A DNA stretch of 63,887 nt, the filler included, from Basidioascus undulatus (Eukaryota): the NCBI GenBank assembly GCA_000826855.1. It is 4 parts of 4 records of this genome, joined end to end, with 100 filler letters (N's around TTAATTAATTAA, not from the genome) between each part and the next. Parts side by side here need not be neighbours in the genome. Positions count along the whole stretch, not along the records: positions 16,032 to 31,953 come from JTLS01000617.1; positions 32,054 to 47,932 come from JTLS01000618.1; 2 more parts are not named here. One strand, given 5' to 3'. The position numbers were made by a program, and so were the translations under genes. The notes beneath the pieces are model-generated. The model saw only the letters and a program-made list of their open reading frames with translations. It ran no database searches and was not told the DNA's origin. Shown here one piece after another: positions 25,540 through 37,776 of this stretch. The first letter of the stretch is position 1. Each line of letters opens with the position of its first letter.

Positions 25540-26286
25540 CGAAGCCGCCTGAAGTCAGGACACAAGCTACAAGCTGCAACAGCATCGCTCGCGTTTCTCA
25601 CAGCGGTAGCGCAGCGCAGACGACCAGTTGACCAACGAGTAGCCCCAAAGGAGTTTGCAGGACCATCGCTTGCTGTATGAGGAGGCCAAGAGAGGAGAAC
25701 GTGGGGAGTGATCAGGCGACAGAGCGCAGTTTCCCCGGCGTGAGCTTTTAACGTGTCCTGCGTTCCGGCTCGGCGCGGTGGACTCAAACCGTTTCCATTT
25801 GCGCAGCTAGACGCGGAGGCTGATAGGGCATGGGTGAGCTCAGACACTCTTGAGGCTCGGCCGGAGGCAAACATATATTCAATGCCGAGCGGGTGTATGT
25901 GCAAGGGGAAGGTTGTCTTGAACCAGTTGAACCAGGCACGGCATATGCCCCTTCCGTGGAAGAACCGAGAGGACCAGAAACGCGCAGACTGGATTGCATG
26001 GACAAATAACTTGTCCGGCCTGCTTGCAACGTCGAAGCCGCATGAGATAGGAACACACTAATTTATTTGCCAACATATAAGAGAGACGGAGGACAATGAA
26101 AAGCAGTCAAAGAAATGTCGTCATTGTTCTGTTGGCTTCCGCGCCCACCGCGCTCGCTGACTGGCCTCCGGAACTCGCAATCAGCCGGCCAGCTCATCTG
26201 CTCCCTCGCCGTTCCCTCTTTCCTCCACACCACCACCGCTCAACCGTCCACAACCCCTTACACAGCCACCCACAACAGAATCAACA

Positions 26287-27757
26287 ATGTACGTGCATTC
26301 TCAATTGCCTTGATCGCTAACCTTGCCGTCTTCTCAATCGTTCCGTGACGCTGACTTCGGCATACTGGGTATGCAGGGCGCACACTCTCCCCGAGCTGCC
26401 CTACGCGTACGACGCGCTGGAGCCCTTCATCAACAAGGAGATCGTGCGTGTACTTTGTCTCAACCCCTGTGAATAGGGGCCGTACTGATGGTCGCGGTTG
26501 AGCGTTCGCAGATGGTACGTCCCGGCACCGTTGGGACGGACGACTATTAGGGATGGGTGTTGACCAGCGAAAGCGAAACAGACTCTCCACCACACCAAGC
26601 ACCACCAGACGTGCGTCTTCTTTCCCTAGCCTTCTTGAAGTGTGGATGAACATTGACATGGTCTTCTGCCCACAGCTACGTCAACGCCCTCAACGCCGCT
26701 GAGAAGCAGTTCTCCGAGGCGCAGTCCAAGCAGGACGTCAAGGCGCAGATCGCTCTCCAGTGCGTCTCTATATGTCGTTCATTGCGAGGAGGGGCGTAGC
26801 TGAATAGATCACGGTGACAGGGGTGCTCTCAAGTTCAACGGCGGTGGTGAGTCCTGCGTCTTCGTCTACAGCTCGCTGGGCCGGCTTTCTGAACAGTGCT
26901 TCCTCACAGGCCACATCAACCACTCCCTCTTCTGGAAGAACCTCGCCCCGGCCTCGTCCGACTCTGCCAAGCCCCGTACCGGCGGTGCCTTCCAGCAGGC
27001 CATCGAGCGCGACTTCGGCTCGCTCGACAACCTGTAAGCGCCCTACAGCCCTTCCAGTCGTTCAACAGCTCTGCTGACCGTGGACGTCTTTGCGGAGCGC
27101 AGCAAGAGCGAGTTCAACGCTGCTGTGAGTGAGATGACGTTGGGCGATCGTGGGCGGTCTTGTGCTGAGCGGGAGATGGTGCACAGACCCTCGGCATTCA
27201 GGGCTCCGGCTGGGGCTGGCTCGTCTTCAACTCCAAGGCCAAGAAGCTCGAGATTACCACCACCGCCAACCAGGACCCCGTCACTCCTCGTGCGTCTCCG
27301 CTAGCACGGGACTTAAGGCTACGGATCGCATGCTCACGTGCCGCTTTGTTCTAGCCCTCGTCCCCATCATCGGCATTGACATCGTACGTTCTCCCATCGA
27401 ACATTGGGGAGTTGGACGCATGCTGACGGTCGTCATCTGCAGTGGGAGCACGCGTTCTGTGCGTTATTATCACGCGGAGGGAGGTAGCTATGACGTTAAT
27501 GACAACTTGACGTAATGACTGCAGACCTCCAGTACAAGGTCCGTTTCTCTTGCAACTTGCCTTGTGAAACCGCCCCCTGACATTACATTATTCACGAGCA
27601 GAACGTCAAGCCCGACTACCTCAACGCCATTTGTTCGTCCTGCTCCTCGTGCTGAGCGATCTGTCCTTCCAGTCTTACACCGTTGTTCCTGCCACCTCCA
27701 GGGAACGTCATCAACTTCGAGGAGGCGGAGAACCGCTTCAAGGCCGCCTCTGCGTGA
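26287..27757 (+). CDS. SOD2: Manganese superoxide dismutase, 14 exons, no targeting peptide
   Basis: [37 protein letters not shown]...[13 protein letters not shown]...QGSGWGWL...NQDP...[28 protein letters not shown]. Confidence 0.96.
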
Positions 27758-28292
27758 GCAAGCGCCCTTCGCGACCACCCGTACGCGAGCATCTCCGCGT
27801 CACGGTCTTGATGTCGAAGTGACGGTTGCGCTAATGCCTTACTTCCTTCCATGTCTAGCGGTACCTCGAAGCTGTGAGGGATGAGGGAAAGGATACTGAG
27901 TTGTTGAAATTCGATGAAGAACTGTTGACCATGAACCAGTTGCGCTGCTAGTGATTCTTGCCATTGTGTGGTGTTGTCGCTGCTGAGCTGCGTCTTACCG
28001 GGTTGTGTCGATATGCTCTTCATTACACAGACCTCGAAGTACGGGGTTCGTGGAGACGACAGAATACAAGAAAATACAAGAAAAGAGCGATGTGGGCGGG
28101 TAGGTGTTTACATCCGAAAAGCAGTCGGTAGAGGAGCGCTCAGCCCGCCTCAAGGCGAAGCTCGTGAGCGCCGCCGAGTCAGTCATCGTCCGTCACTAAT
28201 CATCACAGTCCACGCACGTTCAAGTTCACAGCTCGGTCAGCACTGAGCTTCCGTCAAGACATCATCGTCTTTGTCATGGTAGTAGGTTGCTA

Positions 28293-28944
28293 AGCATGCC
28301 TGGCACATGGCGCCCGCGGCTGGCGCCGAGCAGACCCTCTCAACGACGATGGTGTGAGGAGCTGGACGATAACTCGGTATGCAGCGGGCGACGAGGCCAA
28401 GGGCAGCGGACCGGAGGTCGACGTAACCCTCCGTCGAGTGGAAGGCGGGCTTGTTCCGGAGTGGCTTTGATCTTTCAGAGCGGCGGAGCTGGACGTTCAG
28501 GGCGTTCAGGGCGATTTCTTACTCCCTACGAATCCCTCGAAGGTCGTCTTCATCGGCGCCGGCATCGGCCTTACTCCCCTCATCTCCTTCCTCCGCTCGC
28601 TGCCGACTTCTACAGTGGTCCTTGCTATCCTCTCTGTCCGCCCTCCCGACCTCGGTGCGACACGCGCCTTACTGTCTCCGCTTCCCCCGCCTCACGCTGA
28701 GGTGCATCTCTTTTCTGGTGCAACACCCTGGTCGTCGTCCTCCACAGCCACCGCAGACTTGCGCATTGTACACGTGCCCGAGCGGCTGAGTGCGCCGCCC
28801 CTGCGTGCGCTTCTACAAGATAGGTGGACGGACGGCGCGATGTTCGTGTGCGGGCGGGAGGAATTTGAGCGGATGGTGAGGGATGCTCTGGGTGATCTGG
28901 GAGTTGCCGAGGAGCAGGTGACAGCTGCGAGCTTTGGGTATTGA
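28293..28944 (+). pseudogene. FNR-family FAD/NAD-binding oxidoreductase remnant
   Basis: HMAP...TL/NDDGVRSWTI...VVFIGAGIGLTPLISFL...MFVCG...SFGY*. Carries a 2-bp frameshift near 28338 and an in-frame TGA at 28468-28470, and the N-terminus is missing. Confidence 0.75.
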
Positions 28945-29205
28945 ACACGTATGATGGCACTGTCTCAACATTTAGAAGCTGTTTGTTGTTGTACTTGGGA
29001 TGTGATATCCTCGCGCTGGCAATCCCCTTTCGCATGGTGCATCACGGCACACTGCAGCTTGCATCGGTCATGAGATGAGGATTGGCTGCCCCCTCCACAT
29101 ACCATGCTTCCATTGTCCTCAATCAAATACTTCGATGTAGTGTGTTGTTAGAAACTGAGGAGCCTGGTCTGCGTAGAGAGTGCTCACATGCGCAGCAGTT
29201 TCATC

Positions 29206-29766
29206 TCAGTCTCCGTCTTGCTCACTCCAATTGTCTGCTTCAGAAATTGTAGATGCGCTTCTACCAAGTCCGTATAAGCTCGTCCGCTCAGTGTGCTCCC
29301 AGTGCTCGAACGTCATCCGCTGCTGAGCGGCGAGCGCGAGCGCTGCGGCCGTCTCTCTCTCGAAGCCGCGGTTGGCGATGACGCTGTACGCGGAGATAGC
29401 GCGGTGCGGCACCTTGATGGAGAGGAGGAGGATATGCTTGATTACGATGATGACGGTCAGGCACGCTTGGTACTTGTCGGCGACGAAGAGGACTTCGAGG
29501 CAGTGGTCGATCGATTCGGTGAGCGCGTGCGCGACCCGTTCCGGGTCGAGCAGACAGAGGAACGAGCGGAGGACCACGGCCGACTCGGGTATCTTGAGCG
29601 AGCAAAACTTGTTGGCATCGTTCTGGGAGAGGGAGAACATGTCGCGGAACACGAGCGAGTGGAAGCGTAGGAGTCTGGGGAGACACGGAACAGGATGTCG
29701 TCGACGGAAATGAGCGCGATGCCGGCGTTTGGGGTCGTCGAACTCAGGATGGACCGTGGGCGACAT
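29206..29766 (-). CDS. BTB/POZ domain protein, possibly decayed (local compensating frameshifts)
   Basis: HPEFDDP...LLRFHSLVFRDMFSL...IPESAVVLRSFLCLL...VLFVADKYQ, matching the fungal BTB pattern. Confidence 0.75.
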   Translation of the reverse strand: MSPTVHPEFDDPKRRHRAHFRRRHPVPCLPRLLRFHSLVFRDMFSLSQNDANKFCSLKIPESAVVLRSFLCLLDPERVAHALTESIDHCLEVLFVADKYQACLTVIIVIKHILLLSIKVPHRAISAYSVIANRGFERETAAALALAAQQRMTFEHWEHTERTSLYGLGRSASTISEADNWSEQDGD

Positions 29767-30562
29767 TATGAATGTGGTGTTGGAGAGAGCTCGGGGCTCA
29801 TGGCTTCACGGACATGCCTGAGAAATACGCAGCGAGACACGGCGGAGTTTCAGACTTGGAATGCACTGCCGGATCAAGCCTGGCTTGTGCATGCAATGGA
29901 AACGTAAAATAGCTACCGTGAGAGTCACAGGACAGAACATTGGTTCGTAACCTGTTGTTCGAGAGTATCTGGCCTCAGTTACACTGCAACTAATAAGGTG
30001 GCCTTGACATTCGATTTCAAGCGCCTCTTATATGCTTCTAAGACAGACCGGAACGGATCCCTGACCTCTATCCTCGGCTGACCTCATCCTCGCAGCAACA
30101 GCAGGTGTAGTGCTTCGACTGATCCAAAAAGCATTCATCCTACTCTCCGCAACCGACCAATCAGTAAACACGGCGATGTCTCCTGAAAAGCCGAAAGGCT
30201 GGGCAACTGGTACAGGATGTCGACGGCGTCGCCGCTCATGTGCTGTACTTCCGAAGGTGCTCGAGGTCGTTGCCCGTCGAAGTTGGCGCTCAAGATGCAT
30301 TTCAAGCAGTGCGAGCAGTCGCCACTCCTAACTACCTGCCCCGGCAGCGCAAGACAGCGTGGCAACCACCAAAAGCTCAACCCCGTCTGTGACCTTCTAG
30401 CTCGATAGCCTGGCAGCGTGCACGGCGGCACATGACAACCGGAAGCTCAGCAAGTATTGCCTGTTCAATGCGTCGCCCCTCCCCTCTCCTCTCCTCCACC
30501 CTACCCGGCTCCTCTTCCCCCTCTCCCTGCGCCCTCCCCCTATCTCCTTTCCTCTCCAAGTA

Positions 30563-31850
30563 TCACCACCGGCACTCCACCCTCCCCGCCCTAACCAGGC
30601 CCCTGAACCCTTTGAAGGGGCGGTACTGCGCATCCCCCGCGACTTTGAGCTGCTCGACGCGAATGCCCGACTGCGTGTGCTGCGGGATCGTGAAGTGCAC
30701 CGAGAAGGCGCGGGACGGGCGGGGGTGGGGGTCGCTGTGCAGTCCATGCATAGATGGGGGATGTCAGCAGGGAGGAGAGAGGGAGAGAGAGGAGAGAGGA
30801 GAGGGGGACGAGGGAGAAGGGGGATGAGGGGGATGAGGGGGAGAGGCGTGGAGGAGGAAGGACGCACGAGCTCGTAAATGTCCCGCTGAGGGAAGGAACC
30901 GCGGAGTGTGGAAGATACGGAATATCCCATTTCAATATCTGTCCACCCTTCCCAAAAATCAGCAAACCTTCCCATCACCCAGAGTCGACAGTGACAGAGC
31001 GAGCAGTCCAATCCCGCACCTTAGTACTCGGATCAAACACGTACCCTCCACCTCCTCCCGCCCCATCCACCTCGCGGCGGGGCGGCAGCCCCGTCGTCGC
31101 TGCGCTCGCGCTCAGCGCGCCCTTGCCGAGGTAGATCTCGATGCGGACGGACTCGAGCGCGCGGCCGGGGAGGCGCGAGGATATGGAGATTTCGAAGCGG
31201 CCTGTACCCATTACCCCACCACACGCTGTTAGACCGAAACTCGGGGGAGTTGGCAAGTGGAAGGCGGGGATGAGGGAGAGGGGAGAACAGGGGAGAGGGG
31301 CGGGGGAGGAGGAAGGAGAGAAACCTTGGTTCGACGCGATCGACATGCTAGACTTGACGGCGAACGGCAGCGGGTGTTTCCCCGGCGCCGCGGGGGTGAT
31401 GCGCGGAGCGGAAGAAGAGGCGGAGGTGGAGGGCGGGCCGACACGGTACCGCATCAGCTCGAACCGCCCGTCTGGAGGGATGAAGGAGAGGAGCTTGTCG
31501 CGGGCGAAGCGCTGATGACTGCCAATGGAGACAGAGGTCGTTAGAAGACGGGAGAGAGGAGAGGACAGAAGATGGGAAGGGGAGGAGAGAGAAGTGGATA
31601 GAGAGGAGAGAAGGGGAGCGGGGGAGGGGAGATGGGAGGAAGAGGGAAGGACGGGGAGGAGGGAATAGGGAAGACGGAGGAGGGAGGAGGAAGGAGGGAG
31701 GGGGTAGAGGAGGGAGGTGATGGGGGGAAAAGGGATGGGAGAGAGGAAAGAGGGACAAACCGGATGCAAGGGTGGAACTGCGGGTCCTCGAGCGCTGCTG
31801 GGTTTGTGAAGGTGAGGAGGAGGTCGGGGGTGCCTGGAAAACCGATCGCA
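30563..31850 (-). CDS. APM3: AP-3 adaptor mu subunit, 5' part missing at the contig end
   Basis: GTPDLLLTFTNPAALEDPQFHPCIR|HQRF...LSFIPPDGRFELMRYRV...ILKWDI...SGIRVEQLKV...YRPFKGFR...GRVECRW*. Confidence 0.88.
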
Positions 31851-31953
31851 TCGTAAGTTTTAGTTTCGGGTTGAGGGGTTGGGAAGGGCAAGACCGGGAG
31901 AGGAGGGGAGGGGGAGGATGTGTGGGTGCAGGGAAGAGGGGGAAAGGATCAGG

Positions 31954-32053
31954 NNNNNNNNNNNNNNNNNNNNNNNNNNNNNNNNNNNNNNNNNNNNTTA
32001 ATTAATTAANNNNNNNNNNNNNNNNNNNNNNNNNNNNNNNNNNNNNNNNNNNN
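31954..32053. other. Artificial contig-joining linker
   Basis: N44-TTAATTAATTAA-N44. Confidence 0.97.
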
Positions 32054-35000
32054 CATCATAGCCCGGCCCGACAGGTCTGGAATCGAGGAAAGAGAAGGAG
32101 AAGGAAGAGGAGGAGCCGGCGCCAGCTGAGGAGGAGGAGGCTGCCGCCGCGGAGAGCGGGGCAGAGGCGGACGAGAAGGAGGCGTCGTGCGACGATGCCG
32201 CGGACGAGACGGCGGCGACCATCAAGCCCAACGCGTCCGCGTCCGACGACGAGGCGGAGGAGGCTACCACCACTGCCGCTGCGCCCGTGCCCGCGATCGG
32301 GCTCCCGACCCCCAAGCGCCGCGTCTCGATGCCCCCGCCGCCCCCGACCCCCAAGGGCCCCAAGGCGCGCCTCGTCATACACAAGCTCGTCCTCATCGAC
32401 TTCAAGTCGTACGCGGGCAGGCAGGAGATCGGGCCTTTCCACAAGGTGCGTCTTGCTGGCACCCCATTTCTCGAGATGCGTAACTGACTCTCGCCAACAG
32501 TCCTTCTCCGCCATCGTCGGTCCCAACGGGTGTGTCGTCTAACGAGCGATGATGACTTCATTTATGTGTAGCTGATAGCCCAATCCGCGCAGGTCCGGCA
32601 AGTCCAACACGATCGACGCGCTCCTCTTCGTCTTCGGCTACCGCGCGTCCAAGATGCGCCAGTCCAAGCTCTCCGAGCTGATCCACAACTCGGCCGACTT
32701 CCCCGACCTCGACTCGTGCGCCGTCGAGGTGCACTTCCGGGACATCATCGACCTGGTGCGTTCTCCTCCCTCCTCCGCCCCTACCAATTCCCCCTTTCCG
32801 CCCCTCGATCCCGATTCGCAGTGGCTGACGTGCGTTCGAGGACAGCCCGGCGTGGACAACTTCGACGTCGTCCCGAATTCGTCGCTCGTCGTCACGCGCA
32901 CCGCGTACCGCAACAATTCCTCCAAGTACCTCATCAACGGGCGGACGTCCAACTTCTCCGAGGTGACCACGCTGCTCAAAGGGCGCGGGATCGACCTCGA
33001 CCACAATCGGTTCCTCATCCTTCAGGTGCGCTTCCTCCATCTCGCCATCTCCTCTTCCCCCTTCCCTCTTCCCTCCCTCTTCTGTATGGGAACCCCGCCC
33101 GACTGAAGAGGACCGGACGGCGGGACAGGGCGAAGTCGAGTCCATCGCGCAGATGAAGCCCAAGGCGCCGAGCGCGCACGAGGACGGCCTGCTCGAGTAC
33201 CTGGAGGACATTATCGGCACGTCCAAGTACAAGGGTGCGATCGACGAGAGCCTTGTCGACGTCGACTCGCTCTCCGAGGAGCGCGCCGAGCGCCTCGGCC
33301 GCTTGCGCATCGTCGAGAAGGAGAAAGGCACGCTTGAGGTGCGCAGCTTGCTCCTCTTCCTTGGGTTTCTCATTCGTCACTGAGGCGTGGTGGGTGCGTA
33401 ATGGGAATAGGCAAGGAAGAAGGAGGCCGAGGAACACCTCCGCGACCTCAACGCGGTTAGCATCGCAAAGTCCAAGCTCTACCAGTGTTACATGCTCGAC
33501 CTCCGCAACAACCTCGAGATCACGTCCAAGAACATCGTGCGTCCCCTTTCTACCCCGCTGCGACCCCCACCTCAAGTGCAGAGCCTGACTTGAACCACGC
33601 TGCTATCCACAGGCCGACCTCACGGCGTCCCTCGCGGGCGAGGAAGCTAAGTTCGCCGGGTCGAAGGACGAGATCGCGCGGCTCGAGAGCGAGTACAAGA
33701 AGATCGAGAAGGAGTACAAGGTGCGTCGCATCTGGTAGTGGGTCGCGGGACGCCCGGATCCCGCATGCTGAGAAGGCGCGCTTGGTGTGTACAGACGCTC
33801 GAGGCGCAGACCAAGAAGGCCGCGAAGGAGCTCGAGGACCAGAACAAGGAGAACGTCAAGCTCGAGGTGAAGAGCAAGGACCTCAACACCAAGATCAAGA
33901 AGCTCAAGAAGAGCGTGACGGACGTGCGTTGTGCCCCGCCATCCCTCACTTTCTTCCCCGCGAATCGGACTGACCGTCTGATGACTGCGCAGGAAACCCA
34001 CGCGCGCAACGAGGCGATCCACGCGGTCGACAACTACGGCGAGGAGATCGAGAAAGTCCGCGCGGAGCTGGAGGAGCACGAGGCGGGCTTGGGCGACGAG
34101 GAGGACAAGCTGGAGAAGATCATTGACTCGCTCAAGGGTGCGTTCCGTCTTCCTCCCCCACTCCACCCCACATCACTTCTTCACACCTCTTCGCATCACT
34201 GACATGCGCTTGAGAGCAACACAGACAAGACGCAAGCCTTCACCGACCAGATCGAGGCGAAACAGAAGGCGCTCCAGCCATGGCAGGCCAAGATCGCCGA
34301 CAAGCAGGCCGCGATCGACGTCGCCCAGTCCGAGCGCAGCCTCCTTGCCGACAAGGCCGAGGGCGGCGCGCGCGCGGTCGAGGAGGCGGAGGAGAACGCC
34401 GAGAAGCTCAAGGCGGAGCTGGGGCATAAGGTGCGTGTACTCGAGGACTGAGGTGGGAGGGGCAGAGGCTAATGTGTGGTCGGACAGGGCGACACGCTGG
34501 AGGAGCTCAAGCTGGAGCGCAAGCAGCTCGAGAAGCAGGTCGCTGCTGCGGAGAAGAAGCTCGAGGTGTGTTCCGCGTGAATAGCTTCCCACACAGGAAA
34601 CCTGCTGACTCGGATTGCGTTTTCAGCAAATGCGGCCGATGGACGAGAAGCTCCGGAGCAAGGCGTCGGGCTCGCGCCAGAAGGCGGACGAGGCCAAGGC
34701 GTCCCTCGCCGCGAATCGCTCGCACGACGCCGTCCTCGCCAGCTTGACTCGGCTGCGTGATCAGGGACGGGTGAAGGGCTTCCATGTGCGTATAGCCGAG
34801 ACGCACAGATTGCAGATGTCGATGCTGATATGTTTGATTCGCACGCAGGGCCGCCTCGGCAACCTCGGTGTCATCGATGACAAGTACGACGTGGCGATCA
34901 CGACCGCGTGCGGCTCGCTCAACCACTTCGTCGTCGACACGGTTAAGGCCGCGCAGACGTGCATCGCGCACCTGCGGGACAACAACGTCGGGCGCGCCTC

Positions 35001-37776
35001 GTTCATGGTGCTCGAGCAGCTGCCCGAGCGGGACCTGTCGCCGATCCAGACGCCGCAGAACGTCCCGCGCCTATTCGACCTCGTCAAGCCCAAGGACGCG
35101 ATCTTCGCGCCCGCGTTCTACAAGGCGCTCGGCAACACGCTCGTCGCGCGCCACCTGAACCAGGGCAACCAGATCGCGTACGGCGCGACCCGCTGGCGCG
35201 TCGTCACCCTCCAGGGCAACGTCATCGACACGTCCGGCACCATGTCCGGTGGTGGGAACAGGGTCCTCAAGGGCGGCATGAGCTCGTCCTTCGCTGCCGA
35301 CGCGGTCGCGCCCGACGTCGTCGCCCGGTACGAGCGCGAGCGCGAGACCGCGGACGAGGAGCTCCGCATCTTCGTGGAGGAGCGTCGGGCGGCCGAGGAG
35401 GAGCTGCGCGCGCTCCAGAAGCGCGTGCCGGAGCTCGAGATGGAGCTCGAGAAGATCGAGCTGGACGTCGCTAATGGCGAGAAGCGCATTGCCGAGGCGG
35501 AGAAGCGCGTCAAGGAGCTTCGGTACGTCTGTTTCCGTTCAGTCCATCGTTCGGTAGACTTGAGGCTGACTGTCCGAGCCTTCCTGCAGCGTCCAGAGCA
35601 AGCCCGACGCCGGCGAGGCGAAGCGGATCAAGGCGCTCGACAAAGAGATCGTCTCGCTCACCAGCGAAGTCGAGGCGCTGCGTGAGAAGTCGGGCGCGAT
35701 CGAAGAGGAGATCCGGACGCTCCAGGAGCAGATCCTCGAGGTCGGCGGTGTCAAGCTGCGCGCGCAGAAATCTAAGGTCGAGGGGATCAAGACGCTCATC
35801 AATCTCGCGTCGGACCGGATCACCAAGGCCGAGGTCGCGCTCGCCAAGGCCGAGAAGGACAGCGCGCGCCTCGAGAAGTCCGTCAGCACCAACGAGGCCA
35901 AGCTCGAGCAGCTCCAGGCCGAGCTCGAGGAGGTCACGCAGGCGGTGCGTGGCCGCGCGGAGGCCGTCGAGGCCGTCCGCAAGGACGTCGAGGAGGCGCA
36001 GGACGTCATGGAGGCCAAGCAGGAGGAACTCAACGACGTCAAGGGCCGGCTGGACCAGCAGCAGGAGGAGATGCAGCAGTTCCGGGAGATCGAGGTGCGT
36101 GTCGTGCGACGTTACTTGCATAGTGGGTTGACACTGAGGGCGGTCGCTGCAGCTAGAGTACAAGCACCAAATCGACGAGAGCAAGAAGGTCCTGAAGGAT
36201 TGCGAGCACAAGCTCGGCCACTATCAGGAACGCTACGCGAAGCTGGAGCTGCACGATGTCGAGTGCGTTCTCCTTTTCTCCAATGTGTCGGCGCACGCTT
36301 CTGATCCGTTTCATTCCACAGCGACGAGGAAGACGAAGACGAGCCTGCCGAGAAGCCAGACGGCGAGGCCGCGGAGGGCGCTGAAGCAGGCACGGAAGGC
36401 AAGGCCGACGGCGAGGACGCCGAGGGTGACGAGCAGCGACCGGCCCGCCGAGCTCGACGAAACAACGAGCTACAGGAGTACTCGCCGGACGAGCTGCAGG
36501 ACATGGACCGCGACGACCTCAAGGCCGAGATCGCTGTTCTCGAAGGTTCGCCTTCATTACTCCGCTTCCTTCTGGCTGGCTGGCGGCTTATTCTGGCCTC
36601 ATTGCAATAGAGAAAACGGAGAATGCCAAGGTCAACCTGAGCGTGCTCGCCGAGTACCGCAAGCGCGAGAAGGAGTTCCTCGACCGGGCGCACGACCTCG
36701 ACTCTGTCACGAAGCGGCGAGACGAGGCCAAGGCCCGATACGACAGCCTGCGCAAGCAGCGTCTCGACGAGTTCATGGCGGGCTTCAGCGTCATTTCCAG
36801 CAAGCTGAAGGAGATGTACCAGGTACGTTCGCACCGGCCGTTCCTCGATCCACGGATAAAGGCTGATCGGGTGGGACGACGGACAGATGATCACCCTCGG
36901 CGGTAACGCGGAGCTCGAGCTCGTCGACAGCTTGGATCCGTTCTCGGAGGGCATCATCTTCTCCGTCATGCCGCCCAAGAAGAGCTGGAAGAACATCTCG
37001 AACCTGTCTGGCGGTGAGAAGGTGCGCAGCCCTGCACCAGCTTTCCTCACACCGCGCATTCGCTAAAGCAGTTCCACCCATAGACTCTCAGTTCGCTCGC
37101 GCTTGTGTTCGCGCTGCACGTCTTCAAGGTATGTTGCTCTCATCGTTCCAGAGAGCTTGCTCGTTTGGCTGACGCTGTTGCTTTCAGCCGACACCGCTGT
37201 ACTTCATGGACGAGATCGATGCCGCGCTCGACTTCCGGAACGTCTCGATCGTCGCCAATTACATCAAGGACCGGACGAAGAACGCCCAGTTCATCATCAT
37301 TTCCCTGCGGTATGTCCCTGCGACTCGCCTATGACCCACATTACTGACTAGCCCGGTACTCAGGAATGACATGTTCGAGCTCAGCCACCGCTTGGTCGGC
37401 ATTTACAAGACCGCGAACTGCACAAAGGTCCGCCGTGAATGAGCAGCTTCTCTACGGACATATGAGCTGACTCCATGCTTTCACACAGTCCATCTCGATC
37501 AACAACGATCCGCTGAAGACCATCGCGCGTCGGGCAGCTGGCATCCCCCCGACTCCCGCCCCGCCGAAGGTCATGCCGACGCCCGGTCCAGGAATGGGCC
37601 GATATGCAGGCTCGGTCGCACCAACGCCCGGCCTGGGAATGGGTAGGTACGCGGGCTCGGTCGCGCCGACGCCCGGCGGTGCCCGACTGGGCCGGTACCC
37701 TGGCTCCGTAGCGCCCACGCCGGCAATGCGAAGAATGCCCGGTTCTGTTGCCCCTACCCCTGCACCACCTTTCTGA
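32054..37776 (+). CDS. SMC4: Condensin subunit SMC4, N-terminus truncated
   Basis: RLVIHKLVLIDFKSYAGRQEIGPFHK, Walker A GPNGSGKSN, hinge GRLGNLGVIDDKYDVAITTAC...SGTMSGGG, signature LSGGEK, Walker B YFMDEIDAALD. Confidence 0.97.

Noticed and set aside
28468..28470. In-frame TGA in an oxidoreductase as possible selenocysteine or readthrough
   Set aside because: The same gene also has a frameshift and a missing N-terminus, and the position is not an obvious catalytic Cys.
37594..37760. Regularly spaced repeats as a CRISPR-like or non-coding array
   Set aside because: They are in-frame coding repeats of SMC4 with synonymous variation and no unique spacers.
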